NCBI GenBank assembly: GCA_036570125.1
Contig: DATCPK010000112.1
Span: 398 to 64,397 of the forward strand
Direction of reading: 5' to 3'
DNA length: 64,000 bases
Origin: Candidatus Limnocylindria bacterium
GTDB lineage: Bacteria > Chloroflexota > Limnocylindria > P2-11E
Part shown: one piece after another, positions 8,167 to 17,677 of the stretch
Position numbering within the stretch: position 1 is the first letter of the stretch
How the letters are laid out: every line of letters starts with the position of its first letter
Program-made: the position numbers and the translations under genes
The notes under the pieces: generated by a model
What the model was told of the DNA's origin: nothing
Database searches by the model: none
The model's input: the letters and a program-made list of their open reading frames with translations, nothing else

Positions 8167-8195
8167 TTGACGCCCGCTCGGCCGCCTCCTACGCT
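8167..8195 (+). promoter_or_regulatory. candidate promoter of the liv-type ABC operon
   Basis: TTGACG (8167-8172), 17-nt spacer, TACGCT (8190-8195), about 80 nt upstream of the SBP start codon. Confidence 0.3.
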
Positions 8196-8275
8196 CGTCC
8201 GTCAAACGCGGGTCGCTCGATTGCGTGAGGAATACGCGAAGGCCCGAAGACGCAAATCGCATGTGGGAGGAACGA

Positions 8276-9523
8276 ATGCAGCGACGTTGGTACACGGTCG
8301 GTGCGCTCATCGCGGGCTTCGCGATGGTTGCAACGGCGTGCACAGGGGCAACAGGGGGCACCGCCGGCAGTGGTGGCACGTCGAAAGGCGAGATCATCAT
8401 CGCCAGCGACCAGCCGACATCCGGTGGCGACGCATCGGACGGAGTGCCGGCACAGAACGGCATCCAGTTCGCGGTGGAGTCCGCAGGCTCGATCAAGGGC
8501 TTCAAGCTCACCTTCAAGGGCTGGGACGACACCGTGAACGGAAACCACGACCCGCAGAAGGGCGCGCAGAACATCCAGGAGATGATCGCCGACGCGAAGA
8601 TCCTCGGGATGATCGGCCCGAACAACTCCAACGTTGCGTTTGCGCAGATCCCGATCGCGAACCGTTCGAACTTCGTCATGATCAGCGCCGCCAACACGAA
8701 CGAGTGCCTGACGCAGACCTTCACGTACTGCTCGCCGCAGCCGGCCTCGCTCCGGACGGCGGGTCCGAACAACTACTTCAGGATCGCGGCCGCTGACACG
8801 TTCCAGGGCCCCGGCATGGCGGACTTCGCCTATGACACCCTGAAGCTCACCAAGATCGCCGTATGGTCAGACAACGAGACCTTCGGCAAGGGCGTCGCGG
8901 ACAACTTCTCGAAGGAGTTCACCAAGAAGGGCGGCACGGTCGTCGTTCGTCAGGACTTCGACACCAAGACCACCAACGACTGGCGACCGTTCCTGACCGA
9001 CGCGAAGAGCAAGGGCGCGCTCGGCGTGTACGCCGGCGCGACGAGCGGCACGAAGATTTGTATCCCGCGCGCGCAGATGAAGGGCCTGCTCGACGTGCCC
9101 TACATGGTGCCGGACGGTGGCGTGAACGCGCAGTGCATCACAGACGCGGCCGACAACGGCGCCAACATGTACGGAACGGTCGCCGCGGCCGATGCGGCGC
9201 AGAACCCCGACGCCAAGGCGACCATCGACGCGTTCACCAAGCGCTTCCCCAACAAAGCAGACGTCGGGTCGTACACCTTCCCGGCGCTGGACTGCGCGAA
9301 CATCCTCATCGACGCGATCGGCCGGGCCATCGACGCAAACGGCGGCAACATGCCGAGCCGCGAGCAGGTCCGCGCCGCGGTTGCCGCGACAAAGGGCTTC
9401 AAGGGCACGACGGGCACATACACGTTCGACGCTAACGGGGACCCGACCTCGCCCACAATGGCGATCTTCCAGACCAAGGGCACAGACTGGGTATTCATCA
9501 AGCAGTTCGGGGTCGGCGGCTAG
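8276..9523 (+). CDS. branched-chain amino acid ABC transporter substrate-binding lipoprotein
   Basis: Start at ATG 8276 behind GGGAGG. Signal peptide with lipobox MVATAC. Periplasmic-binding type-I (LivJ/K-like) sequence, followed by livHMGF-type genes. Confidence 0.85.
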   Translation: MQRRWYTVGALIAGFAMVATACTGATGGTAGSGGTSKGEIIIASDQPTSGGDASDGVPAQNGIQFAVESAGSIKGFKLTFKGWDDTVNGNHDPQKGAQNIQEMIADAKILGMIGPNNSNVAFAQIPIANRSNFVMISAANTNECLTQTFTYCSPQPASLRTAGPNNYFRIAAADTFQGPGMADFAYDTLKLTKIAVWSDNETFGKGVADNFSKEFTKKGGTVVVRQDFDTKTTNDWRPFLTDAKSKGALGVYAGATSGTKICIPRAQMKGLLDVPYMVPDGGVNAQCITDAADNGANMYGTVAAADAAQNPDAKATIDAFTKRFPNKADVGSYTFPALDCANILIDAIGRAIDANGGNMPSREQVRAAVAATKGFKGTTGTYTFDANGDPTSPTMAIFQTKGTDWVFIKQFGVGG

Positions 9524-9580
9524 CAGACACACGTGAGTGGAGGGGGCGACACTCGCCCCCTCCCCGCTTGAGGGGGGCAT

Positions 9581-10624
9581 GTGGTCGGCTCGCTGAAACA
9601 GGCTAGAGCGACGTTCGTCAAAGCGCCCATCGGACGCGTGATCTCAGCGCTCCTCATCCTGGCGATCGTTTACGCGCTCTTCGTCCTCGGGACGAAGATC
9701 CTCGACCGGGGCCCCAGCTACTTCCTGCAGATCCTGACGTACGGAGTGGCTAACGGCGCGATCTACGCGCTGGTCGCTCTCGGCTACACGATGGTCTACG
9801 GGATCATCGAGCTCATCAATTTCGCTCACGGCGACCTGTTTACGCTCGGCGGGTTCATCTCGGTCTTCTTGCTCCCGATCTTCGGACTCAACGCGACCAA
9901 CGCCGGGACGGCGGGAATCATCCTGCCGCTCATCGCCGTCTTCCTTGTGACGATGCTCCTCTGCGGCGCCATCAACGTGACTATCGAGCGTGTCGCGTAC
10001 CGCCCGCTCCGCCACGCGCCGCGTCTGGCTCCGCTCATCACCGCGGTCGGAATGTCGTTCGTCCTCGAGGGATTGATGTACCTGTGGAAGGGTCCGTTCA
10101 ACGTGCCCTACCCGAACCTGCTGCCCGCAACGAGCTTCGTGATCGGCGGTGCCACGATCGGCGTGAAGGACATCTTCGTCATCGTGGTCGCGGCGGTCCT
10201 CATGATCGTGCTGGCCCTCTTTGTGAGTCGGTCGACGCTCGGGAAGGCCATGCGCGCGACGGCTCAGGATCAGGACGCGACCGAGCTGATGGGGATCGAC
10301 ATCAACCGCACGATCGCGGCGACATTCTTCATCGGGGCGGTGCTCGCTGGCGCCGGCGGAACGATCTTCGGTCTCTACTACAACACGATGGTCTTCGATC
10401 TGGGGTTTTCGGCCGGCCTCTTCGCGTTCACAGCGGCCGTCTTTGGCGGCATCGGGAACATTCAAGGCGCGGCGCTGGGCGGGCTCCTCATTGGTCTGAT
10501 CACCGCACTGTGGGACGGCTACCTGGAGTCCACCTGGACGCAAGTCATCATCTTCGCGATCCTCATCCTCGTCCTCGTTTTCAGGCCCACCGGCCTTCTC
10601 GGGATGCGAGTGCCGGAGAAATGA
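9581..10624 (+). CDS. livH: branched-chain amino acid ABC transporter permease
   Basis: 347 aa polytopic. LivH-type motifs (IELINFAHGDLFTLGGF; AMRATAQDQDATELMGI). Confidence 0.85.
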   Translation: MVGSLKQARATFVKAPIGRVISALLILAIVYALFVLGTKILDRGPSYFLQILTYGVANGAIYALVALGYTMVYGIIELINFAHGDLFTLGGFISVFLLPIFGLNATNAGTAGIILPLIAVFLVTMLLCGAINVTIERVAYRPLRHAPRLAPLITAVGMSFVLEGLMYLWKGPFNVPYPNLLPATSFVIGGATIGVKDIFVIVVAAVLMIVLALFVSRSTLGKAMRATAQDQDATELMGIDINRTIAATFFIGAVLAGAGGTIFGLYYNTMVFDLGFSAGLFAFTAAVFGGIGNIQGAALGGLLIGLITALWDGYLESTWTQVIIFAILILVLVFRPTGLLGMRVPEK

Positions 10625-11841
10625 GAAATCCCCTTTCGCGGCTTGGATCCATCCTGGAGCGCGACCCTCGAAAGGACCCGAACGCGCTCGTATTCCTTCT
10701 CCTCACGTTCGGTGTGATCGCGTTCCCGATCGCTGTTCAGGTCGTCACACGGGGCAGCGGCAGCTTCCTGATCTCGCAGGCCGCGGACGCGGGGGTGTAC
10801 GTGCTGCTCGCCATCGGACTGAACGTGGTCGTGGGGTTCGCGGGTCTGCTCGACCTCGGCTACGCGGCGTTCTTCGCGATCGGCGCGTACACGTACGCGT
10901 TCCTCGCCTCGGACCGTCTCGCCTTCACACCGCTGCACCAGTCGGTGCACCTGCCGTTCTGGATCCTGCTGCTCGTCGGAATGTTCGTCGCGGCGTCGGC
11001 GGGCGCGATCCTTGGCGCGCCGACGCTCCGACTTCGCGGCGACTACCTCGCGATCGTCACCCTCGGGTTCGGCGAGATCGTCCCGAGGGTCTTCCGGAAC
11101 CTCTCGGTGTGGACGAACGGCGTGAACGGGATATCCGCCCTCGATACGCCGGCGCTGCCGATCTGGCTGAACGGGCCGTGGTCCGGCGATGCGTTGGCGG
11201 TCGTTCAGAACTTCAAGATCATCGACCCGCTGGCCTACTACGTGATCATGGCCATCCTCGTCGCGATCTCTGTCGTCCTCGTGAACAATCTGCGGCGGTC
11301 GCGCATGGGTCGCGCGTGGATGGCCGTCCGCGAGGACGAGGTCGCCGCGGCGGCGATGGGTGTCAACACGGTCGGTGTCAAGCTGCTGGCCTTCAGCATC
11401 GGCGCGGCGTTCAGCGGCTTCGCGGGGACCTTCTACGGGGCCAAGCTGTCGCTGGTGTCGCCCGAGAATTTCGGCTTCACCGTCTCGATCACGATCCTGA
11501 TCATGGTGGTGCTCGGGGGGATGGGGAACATCCCGGGCGTCATCGTGGGAGCGCTCCTCATCTATTACGTGATCTTCAACATCCTGCCCGGCCTCCCACA
11601 GCAGGCAGCGGACTTCGCCAACTCGATCGGCGCGACGAGTCTCAACCGCCCGAGTGGCGACTGGCCGGGCCTCAGCGGCGAGGTGCAGCGACTGAAGTAC
11701 CTCATCTTCGGTCTGATCCTGGTCCTCACCATGCTGCTTCGGCCGCAGGGCCTCCTGCCGAGCCGGCAGCGCGCCGAGGAGCTCCAAAAGGGCGTGCACG
11801 AAGACACCACGATCGAAGACGTGAACGCGGAGACGGCATGA
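10621..11841 (+). CDS. livM: branched-chain amino acid ABC transporter permease
   Basis: True start at ATG 10621 (ATGA overlap with livH). LivM-type GLLDLGYAAFFAIGAY and GRAWMAVREDEVAAAAMG. The upstream part of the 585-aa track ORF is out-of-frame noise. Confidence 0.85.
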   Translation: MRNPLSRLGSILERDPRKDPNALVFLLLTFGVIAFPIAVQVVTRGSGSFLISQAADAGVYVLLAIGLNVVVGFAGLLDLGYAAFFAIGAYTYAFLASDRLAFTPLHQSVHLPFWILLLVGMFVAASAGAILGAPTLRLRGDYLAIVTLGFGEIVPRVFRNLSVWTNGVNGISALDTPALPIWLNGPWSGDALAVVQNFKIIDPLAYYVIMAILVAISVVLVNNLRRSRMGRAWMAVREDEVAAAAMGVNTVGVKLLAFSIGAAFSGFAGTFYGAKLSLVSPENFGFTVSITILIMVVLGGMGNIPGVIVGALLIYYVIFNILPGLPQQAADFANSIGATSLNRPSGDWPGLSGEVQRLKYLIFGLILVLTMLLRPQGLLPSRQRAEELQKGVHEDTTIEDVNAETA

Positions 11842-12620
11842 CCGTCGAGCCCTCCACCGAACCGATCCTTCGGGTCGACCACGTGACGAAGCGCTTTGGG
11901 GGCCTCGTCGCGGTCGACGACGTAACGTTCGAGGTCAAACGCGGAGAGATCTTCGCGCTCATCGGACCGAACGGCGCGGGCAAGACGACGCTTTTCAACG
12001 GCATCACCGGCATATTTCCACCCACCGCAGGACGGATCGTTTTCCAGGGTCGCGAGATCACCGGCGCAAAGCCGCACCAGGTCGCGGCGTTCGGCATCGC
12101 GCGGACCTTCCAGAACATCAGGCTCTTCGAGTACATGTCCTCCCTCGACAACGTGCGCCTCGGACAGCACTGCCGAATGCACGCGAAGCTCTGGGACTCG
12201 CTCTTCAAGACACCGGTCGAGCACCGCGAGGAAAAGCGCGTCACCGACCGCGCGATGGAGCTCCTCGAGTTCGTCGGCATCGAGAAATACACCCACACCT
12301 ACGCACGCAACCTGCCCTATGGCTCACAGCGCCGCCTTGAGATAGCGCGCGCGCTGGCTACGAATCCCGCACTTCTGCTCCTGGACGAGCCCGCGGCCGG
12401 TTTCACGCCGCAGGAGAAGGTCGAGCTCATGGGACTTGTGCACAAGATCGTCGACCAGGGGGTCACGGTCTTCCTCATCGAGCACGACATGAAGGTCGTG
12501 ATGGGTGTGTCCCGCCGGATCGTCGTGCTCGACCACGGTGAGAAGATCGCCGAGGGAACGCCCGAGCAGGTGCGCCGCGACCAGCGCGTCATTGAGGCAT
12601 ATCTGGGGACACAGCACTAG
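11838..12620 (+). CDS. livG: ABC transporter ATP-binding protein (LivG-type)
   Basis: ATG 11838 (ATGA overlap). Walker A GPNGAGKTT, signature LPYGSQRRLEIARAL, Walker B LLLLDEPAAG. Confidence 0.9.
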   Translation: MTVEPSTEPILRVDHVTKRFGGLVAVDDVTFEVKRGEIFALIGPNGAGKTTLFNGITGIFPPTAGRIVFQGREITGAKPHQVAAFGIARTFQNIRLFEYMSSLDNVRLGQHCRMHAKLWDSLFKTPVEHREEKRVTDRAMELLEFVGIEKYTHTYARNLPYGSQRRLEIARALATNPALLLLDEPAAGFTPQEKVELMGLVHKIVDQGVTVFLIEHDMKVVMGVSRRIVVLDHGEKIAEGTPEQVRRDQRVIEAYLGTQH

Positions 12621-13331
12621 GTGGGGCTCCTGGATGTCATGGGTATCAACGTGTTCTACGGCCGCGTTCAGGCGCTCCGCGGCGTCTCCCTGAGCATCAA
12701 CGCTGGAGAGATCGTCGCGCTCATCGGATCGAACGGCGCGGGAAAGACGACGACGCTGCGCACGATCTCAGGTCTCAACCACGCTACGACCGGACGGGTG
12801 ATCTTCGATGGACGCGATATCAGTGCCATACCGGCACACGACGTCGTGCGAGCCGGGATCGGTCATGCCCCCGAGGGCCGACGCCTTTTCCCTCGGATGA
12901 TCGTCTTCGACAACCTGATGATGGGGACCTACGCGCGGAAAGATCGCGCCGGTATTCCGGCTGACATCGCGCGCGTGTACGAGCTCTTCCCCCGTCTCAA
13001 GGAGCGAACGAAGCAACTCGCCGGAACGCTCTCCGGTGGCGAGCAGCAGATGCTGGCGATCGGACGCGCGCTCATGGCGCGTCCGAAGCTCCTCATGCTC
13101 GACGAACCCTCGCTCGGGCTCGCCCCCATCCTCTGCGAGACGATCTTCCGCGTACTGACCGAGATCAACGCGCAGGGGACGCCGATCCTCTTGGTCGAGC
13201 AGAACGCGACCAAGGCGCTGGAGGTCGCGCATCGCGCCTACGTTCTGGAGACGGGTTCGATCGTTCAGACCGGGACCGGCAAAGAGCTTCTCTCCTCCCC
13301 CGACGTGCAGCGCGCGTACCTCGGAATGTGA
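12621..13331 (+). CDS. livF: ABC transporter ATP-binding protein (LivF-type)
   Basis: GTG start directly after the livG stop. Walker A GSNGAGKTT, signature LSGGEQQMLAIGRAL, Walker B LLMLDEPS. Confidence 0.9.
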   Translation: MGLLDVMGINVFYGRVQALRGVSLSINAGEIVALIGSNGAGKTTTLRTISGLNHATTGRVIFDGRDISAIPAHDVVRAGIGHAPEGRRLFPRMIVFDNLMMGTYARKDRAGIPADIARVYELFPRLKERTKQLAGTLSGGEQQMLAIGRALMARPKLLMLDEPSLGLAPILCETIFRVLTEINAQGTPILLVEQNATKALEVAHRAYVLETGSIVQTGTGKELLSSPDVQRAYLGM

Positions 13332-13357
13332 CCGCCCGCGCTCTCTAGACTTCGCGG

Positions 13358-14713
13358 GTGGCCCGAACGCTTCCTTCACTGAGAGTTCCCGCCGATGTCG
13401 AACGCGTCCTCGTCCGCCTCGAGCAGGCGGGATTCGAGGCATTCGTCGTGGGCGGCAAGGTCCGCGACGCGGTCCGAGGGATCGACTCGCCCGGGGCATG
13501 GGACCTCACGACGAGCGCGACGCCCGAGGAGATCCAGGGGCTGTTTCGGCGGACGTTCTACCTGAACCACTTCGGTACCGTGACCGTCAGGTCCGGCGAT
13601 GAAGAGGTCGAGGTCACGACGTACCGGACCGAGACCGAGTACACCGATCATCGCCGGCCGGATCACGTGACCTTTACGCGGTCACTTCACGAGGATCTTT
13701 CCCGCCGCGATTTCACCATGAACGCGATGGCGTGGCGTCCGCCGGCGGACGGCAAGTCAGGCGAGCTCGTGGATCCGTTCGGCGGCCAGCGCGACCTCGA
13801 CGCGCGAATCGTTCGCGCCGTCGGCGATCCGCGCGAACGCTTCAAGGAAGACGCGCTGCGGATGCTGCGCGCCGTGCGCTTCGCGACGCTCCTCGGCTTC
13901 ACGATCGACTCCCAGACCGCCGAAGCGATCCGCGAATCGGCCCCGCTCGCCGAGACGCTGTCGGGCGAACGCATCCGGCAGGAAATGGTGAAGATCCTCT
14001 CGGCCCCCAAGCCCTCGGTCGCCTTCCGACTGCTGAGCGACCTCGGCCTGCTCGCTGTGGTCTTTCCGGAGCTGGAGATCGCGAAGACGATCCCGCAGGA
14101 CAAAGCCGTCGCGCAGGACGTCTTCGAGCACTCGATCGTCACCGCGGATGCGACGCCGGCAGACGACCTCGTTCTCCGTCTGGCGGGGCTTCTGCACGAC
14201 ATCGGCAAGCCCGACACGTTCGCCGACGGACATTTCCATCAGCACGAGTTCGTCGGCGAGGCTAAAGCCCGCAACATCTTGCGGCGCTGGCGTTTCGACA
14301 AAGAGACGATCGCGCAGGTGACGCTCCTCATCCGAAATCACATGTTCTGGTACCAGACGGACTGGACGGGCTCTGCGGTCCGTCGCTTCGTTCGGAAGGT
14401 GGGGCTCGAGAACATCCCCGCGCTCTTCGCGCTGCGCAAGGCCGACAACATCGGGAGTGGCGCCCGTTCCCCGCGGATGTACGCCCTCGAATCGCTCTGG
14501 GAGCGCGTGCAGGAGGAGATTCGCGCGGCGTCGGCCTTCTCGCTGAGAGATCTCGCGATCGACGGTACCGATGTGATGAAGGAGCTCGGCGTCCCGCCAA
14601 GCCCGCGCGTCGGTCAGATCCTCAACGAGCTATTCGAACGCGTCACCGAAGACCCGACGCTCAACACCAGAGAACACCTGCTCAAGCTCGCGCACAAGAT
14701 CGGCGCGAATTAG
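13358..14713 (+). CDS. cca: CCA tRNA nucleotidyltransferase / poly(A) polymerase-family enzyme with HD domain
   Basis: 451 aa. FVVGGKVRDAVRG (GG-x-VRD NTase motif), RDFTMNAMA, and an HD domain LLHDIGKP. Confidence 0.8.
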   Translation: MARTLPSLRVPADVERVLVRLEQAGFEAFVVGGKVRDAVRGIDSPGAWDLTTSATPEEIQGLFRRTFYLNHFGTVTVRSGDEEVEVTTYRTETEYTDHRRPDHVTFTRSLHEDLSRRDFTMNAMAWRPPADGKSGELVDPFGGQRDLDARIVRAVGDPRERFKEDALRMLRAVRFATLLGFTIDSQTAEAIRESAPLAETLSGERIRQEMVKILSAPKPSVAFRLLSDLGLLAVVFPELEIAKTIPQDKAVAQDVFEHSIVTADATPADDLVLRLAGLLHDIGKPDTFADGHFHQHEFVGEAKARNILRRWRFDKETIAQVTLLIRNHMFWYQTDWTGSAVRRFVRKVGLENIPALFALRKADNIGSGARSPRMYALESLWERVQEEIRAASAFSLRDLAIDGTDVMKELGVPPSPRVGQILNELFERVTEDPTLNTREHLLKLAHKIGAN

Positions 14714-14755
14714 GCGAATAACGCTCGGCCGGGAGGGCTGACAGCGCAGTGGGGG

Positions 14756-14779
14756 CCGGCGACCCTAAGTGGTCGCCGG
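14756..14779. terminator. hairpin between convergent genes (possible bidirectional terminator)
   Basis: Perfect 9-bp stem CCGGCGACC / GGTCGCCGG with 6-nt loop CTAAGT, between the cca (+) and ytxH-like (-) 3' ends. No clear U-tract. Confidence 0.4.
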
Positions 14780-14843
14780 AGGGACCCACGAGCGTGGCAG
14801 TTCTCTCGGCCGAGTGGGAACGCGCGCTCCGTAGAGCTGGTTA

Positions 14844-15221
14844 CTAGCTCGATGCGTAAGGCGCGCTGCCGACAGATGAGACGGGTCGGGTCGATCCGTT
14901 GCCGGCCTTCGTCGCAGGCTCGGTCGGACGCACCTTGTCGACGCTCTCGCTGAGACGGCGTCGTGCCTCGTCACCGGTGAACGGTGCGAACAACAGGGCG
15001 ATCGCTGCGCCGACGATCGCGCCGAGCACGAGCCCGAGCGCAAGCGTGCCGAAGATCGCTCCGTCTGAATGGCCGCCGACAGCGCGGCGAACCTCGCTCT
15101 TGCCCTCGCCAAACAGATCGTTGGCGCGCTTGCTGCCTTCGCCCAGTAGATCATTCGCGCGTTTGCCCGCTTGACCCTTCAGTTCGTCAACGACGTCCTG
15201 CAGGTCTTTCATGCTGACCAT
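14844..15221 (-). CDS. YtxH domain-containing protein
   Basis: 125 aa. Single TM followed by LLFAPFTGDEARRRL (YtxH signature). N-terminal duplicated KRANDL(L/F)GEG unit. Confidence 0.7.
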   Translation of the reverse strand: MVSMKDLQDVVDELKGQAGKRANDLLGEGSKRANDLFGEGKSEVRRAVGGHSDGAIFGTLALGLVLGAIVGAAIALLFAPFTGDEARRRLSESVDKVRPTEPATKAGNGSTRPVSSVGSAPYASS

Positions 15222-15253
15222 GACAAGCCTCCTCTGAGCGCTCGAAGCGCGGA

Positions 15254-16382
15254 CTAGCTCTGTGCAGGGCCGATGCCATCGTCGCCTGTCGGACCGCTGG
15301 GCGGCCGAGAGAGCGCGGCTTCGATAAAGGGATCGATGTCGCCGCCGAGCACACGGGTAGGGTCGCCGATCTCGATACCAGTCCGGTGGTCCTTCACGAG
15401 CGTGTAGGGGTGAAGGATGTACGAGCGGATCTGACTCCCCCAGTCAGCGGAGCGCATCTCTCCGCGTTCCTTCGCCTGCGCTTCCTCCTGCTCCCGGACC
15501 TGGCGCTCCAGGAGGCGCGCGCGAAGGATCTTCATCGCGGTCTCCTTGTTCTGGAGCTGCGAGCGCTCGTTCTGGCAGGCGACGACGATCCCGGTCGGTA
15601 GATGCGTGATGCGGACCGCCGTCTCGGTCTTGTTGACGTTCTGTCCGCCCGCACCGGTCGCGCGGTAGGTGTCGATCCGGAGGTCCTCCGGACGAACTTC
15701 GACTTCGGCCTCGCTTTCGACCTCCGGCGTGGGATCGACAAGCGCGAACGATGTCTGCCGGCGTTTCTGAAAATCGAACGGCGAGATGCGCACGAGCCGG
15801 TGAGTGCCCCGCTCGGTCTTCAGGTAGCCATACGCGTAGGGACCTTCGACCGTGAGGGTGGCGCTCCGAAAGCCCGCCTCGTCACCAGGGGTTGATTCGA
15901 GGAGCTCGGCTTTGTAGCCGCGCCGCTCTGCCCAGCGCAGGTACATCCGCACGAGCATCTCGGCCCAATCCGCGGCGTCGGTACCTCCGACGCCCGCGGA
16001 GATCGCGAGGACGGCGCTTCGCTCATCGTAGGGGCCGGAGAGCTGCGCCTCGAGACTCGCCTTGGCGACTTCCTCGGTGAGCTCGACCGTGTCGTGAGCG
16101 ATGTCGGCTTCCATCTTGGGATCGCCGTCGACCATCGAGGCGAGCTCGCTCAGATCTTTCGCGCGCGCACGAAAACGTTCCCACCGCTCGAGACGACCGC
16201 GCGCTCTTCCGAGGCGCTTCAGGATCGTTTGTGCTCGCTGCCGGTCCTGCCAGAGGTCCGGTCTTGAGGACTCGGTCTCTAGCTCCGCGATCTCACGCGT
16301 GAGAGCCGGCAGGTCAAAGGAACACCGCCATGCGTTCGATGCGGTCGCGCAGAGTCGAAAGGGCCGCCTGGTCGACGGTCAA
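15254..16382 (-). CDS. prfB: peptide chain release factor 2, two-frame gene with programmed +1 frameshift
   Basis: Frame 0 runs from TTG 16382: [22 protein letters not shown], then in-frame TGA within CTT TGA C (16319-16313). The +1 frame continues [24 protein letters not shown]... into the track ORF ([19 protein letters not shown]..., [16 protein letters not shown] with GGQ). Confidence 0.9.
16313..16330 (-). other. RF2 autoregulatory frameshift site
   Basis: Minus strand reads TGGCGGTG TTC CTT TGA C. The slippery CTT-TGA-C is identical to the E. coli prfB site. An SD-like GGCGGTG sits 3 nt upstream, the same spacing as in E. coli. Confidence 0.85.
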
Positions 16383-16389
16383 GGACGTG

Positions 16390-16587
16390 TTAGCGCTTAC
16401 GCGGACGTTCGAACGTGGTGGTCACGGGCTGGACCACCGGTGCGAGCTTGCCCGCCGCGAACGACACGAAGGTCACGCACGGGCAATAGGTGTTGCGAGG
16501 GCACCGCGGACAATCCCCATCACAGTCCAGGGTGGCTCCATAGGAGCACTTGAGACAGTTGTCCTCGCAGACGATCCATTCCTTCAT
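16390..16587 (-). CDS. cysteine-rich small protein (65 aa), function unknown
   Basis: GC3-rich ORF. It has 8 Cys within residues 7-37, arranged as two C-x3-C-x2-C units plus C-x-C. The stop lies 7 nt upstream of the prfB TTG start. Confidence 0.55.
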   Translation of the reverse strand: MKEWIVCEDNCLKCSYGATLDCDGDCPRCPRNTYCPCVTFVSFAAGKLAPVVQPVTTTFERPRKR

Positions 16588-16756
16588 GGCGCGATGTCCT
16601 CTCTAGGGCGTGCCGGGTAAGGACCCAAACTCTGCAGACCCGCCCACGCTCTCCCCACTGCGATCGTGTGTCGGTTTCCGGTCGAATGTTATCCGCCGAA
16701 ATGCGGCTTGAGAAGAGGGCAAAACGCGAAAAACGGGCCCGAAAATCTGTTCTTTT

Positions 16757-17659
16757 TCAACTGTCGCGCCGCCGCCGCAGGTAGCCGAGAGCACCCTTGA
16801 ATGGGCGCGGATGCACACCAAAAACGGGCTCGAGGGCGTTCTGGCGCGGCGTGTTGTCGACTGCGAGGAGATCCAGCTGCGCCACGGTGACCGGCGGATC
16901 GGGCATGACCAGGCCCATGACCATCGCGGCTGGCTTCATGAGGGGCACCGGAACATGGAGGGTCGGCCGGCGCTTGCCGGTCCCACGCATGGTCTCCTCC
17001 AGCATCTCGTCGTAGGTCACGGGCTCGGCGCCGCCGATCTCGTGGACGCCGGCGGTCTCCGGGCGCTCCACCGCGGCGACGAGAGCCTGGGCGATGTCGT
17101 CGACGTGCAGCGGCTGAAAACGCGCCTTGCCGTCGCCCGGCACCGGCACCACTGGAAACATCAGGCTGAACGCGAGGCGCGGAAAGAAATCGTCACCTTC
17201 GCCGAAAAGGAGCGAGGGCTGTAAAACGACATGCGCGATGCCAGAGCCGGTGACGAGGGCCTCGCCCTCGCCCTTGCTGCGCAGGTATGGATAGGGCGAA
17301 GCGGGATCCGCACCAAGCGCGCCCATGTGCACGATCCGCCTCACTCCCGCGCGCTTGGCCTCGGCCACGACATTCGCGACACCGGCGACGTTGACCTCGT
17401 CGAATCTCTGCTTGCGCTCGGTAGGGATCGCGACGGTGTGGATGATCGCGTCGATGCCGTCGAACGCGCCCCGAAGCGATTCCGCCTTGCGCACGTCGGC
17501 GCGGCGTATGTCCAACTTGTCACCGCCTGATTCGGGGAGCTCCTTCTCGGCGCCGGGGCGTTCGCTGATGAGTGCTCGGACCTCGTGCCCTCCGGAGAGG
17601 AGCCGGGAGACGACGTGCCGCCCCACGAACCCGTTTGCACCGGTTACGGCAACACGCAT
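16757..17659 (-). CDS. NAD(P)H-binding SDR-family protein (NDUFA9/NmrA-like)
   Basis: 300 aa. Rossmann motif VAVTGANGFVGRHVV. Extended/atypical SDR architecture. Confidence 0.75.
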   Translation of the reverse strand: MRVAVTGANGFVGRHVVSRLLSGGHEVRALISERPGAEKELPESGGDKLDIRRADVRKAESLRGAFDGIDAIIHTVAIPTERKQRFDEVNVAGVANVVAEAKRAGVRRIVHMGALGADPASPYPYLRSKGEGEALVTGSGIAHVVLQPSLLFGEGDDFFPRLAFSLMFPVVPVPGDGKARFQPLHVDDIAQALVAAVERPETAGVHEIGGAEPVTYDEMLEETMRGTGKRRPTLHVPVPLMKPAAMVMGLVMPDPPVTVAQLDLLAVDNTPRQNALEPVFGVHPRPFKGALGYLRRRRDS

Positions 17660-17677
17660 GGGCTCACCGCCTTATTA

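Noticed and set aside
10084-12620. Very long N-terminal extensions of track ORFs (10084-11841, 11109-12620; likewise 4063-4872, 28526-29818, 38825-39736, 58053-59888, 52468-53805)
   Set aside because: The extensions overlap the preceding gene in another frame and are Arg-rich noise. Conserved N-termini begin at internal ATG/GTG/TTG codons that form 4-nt overlaps with the upstream stop.
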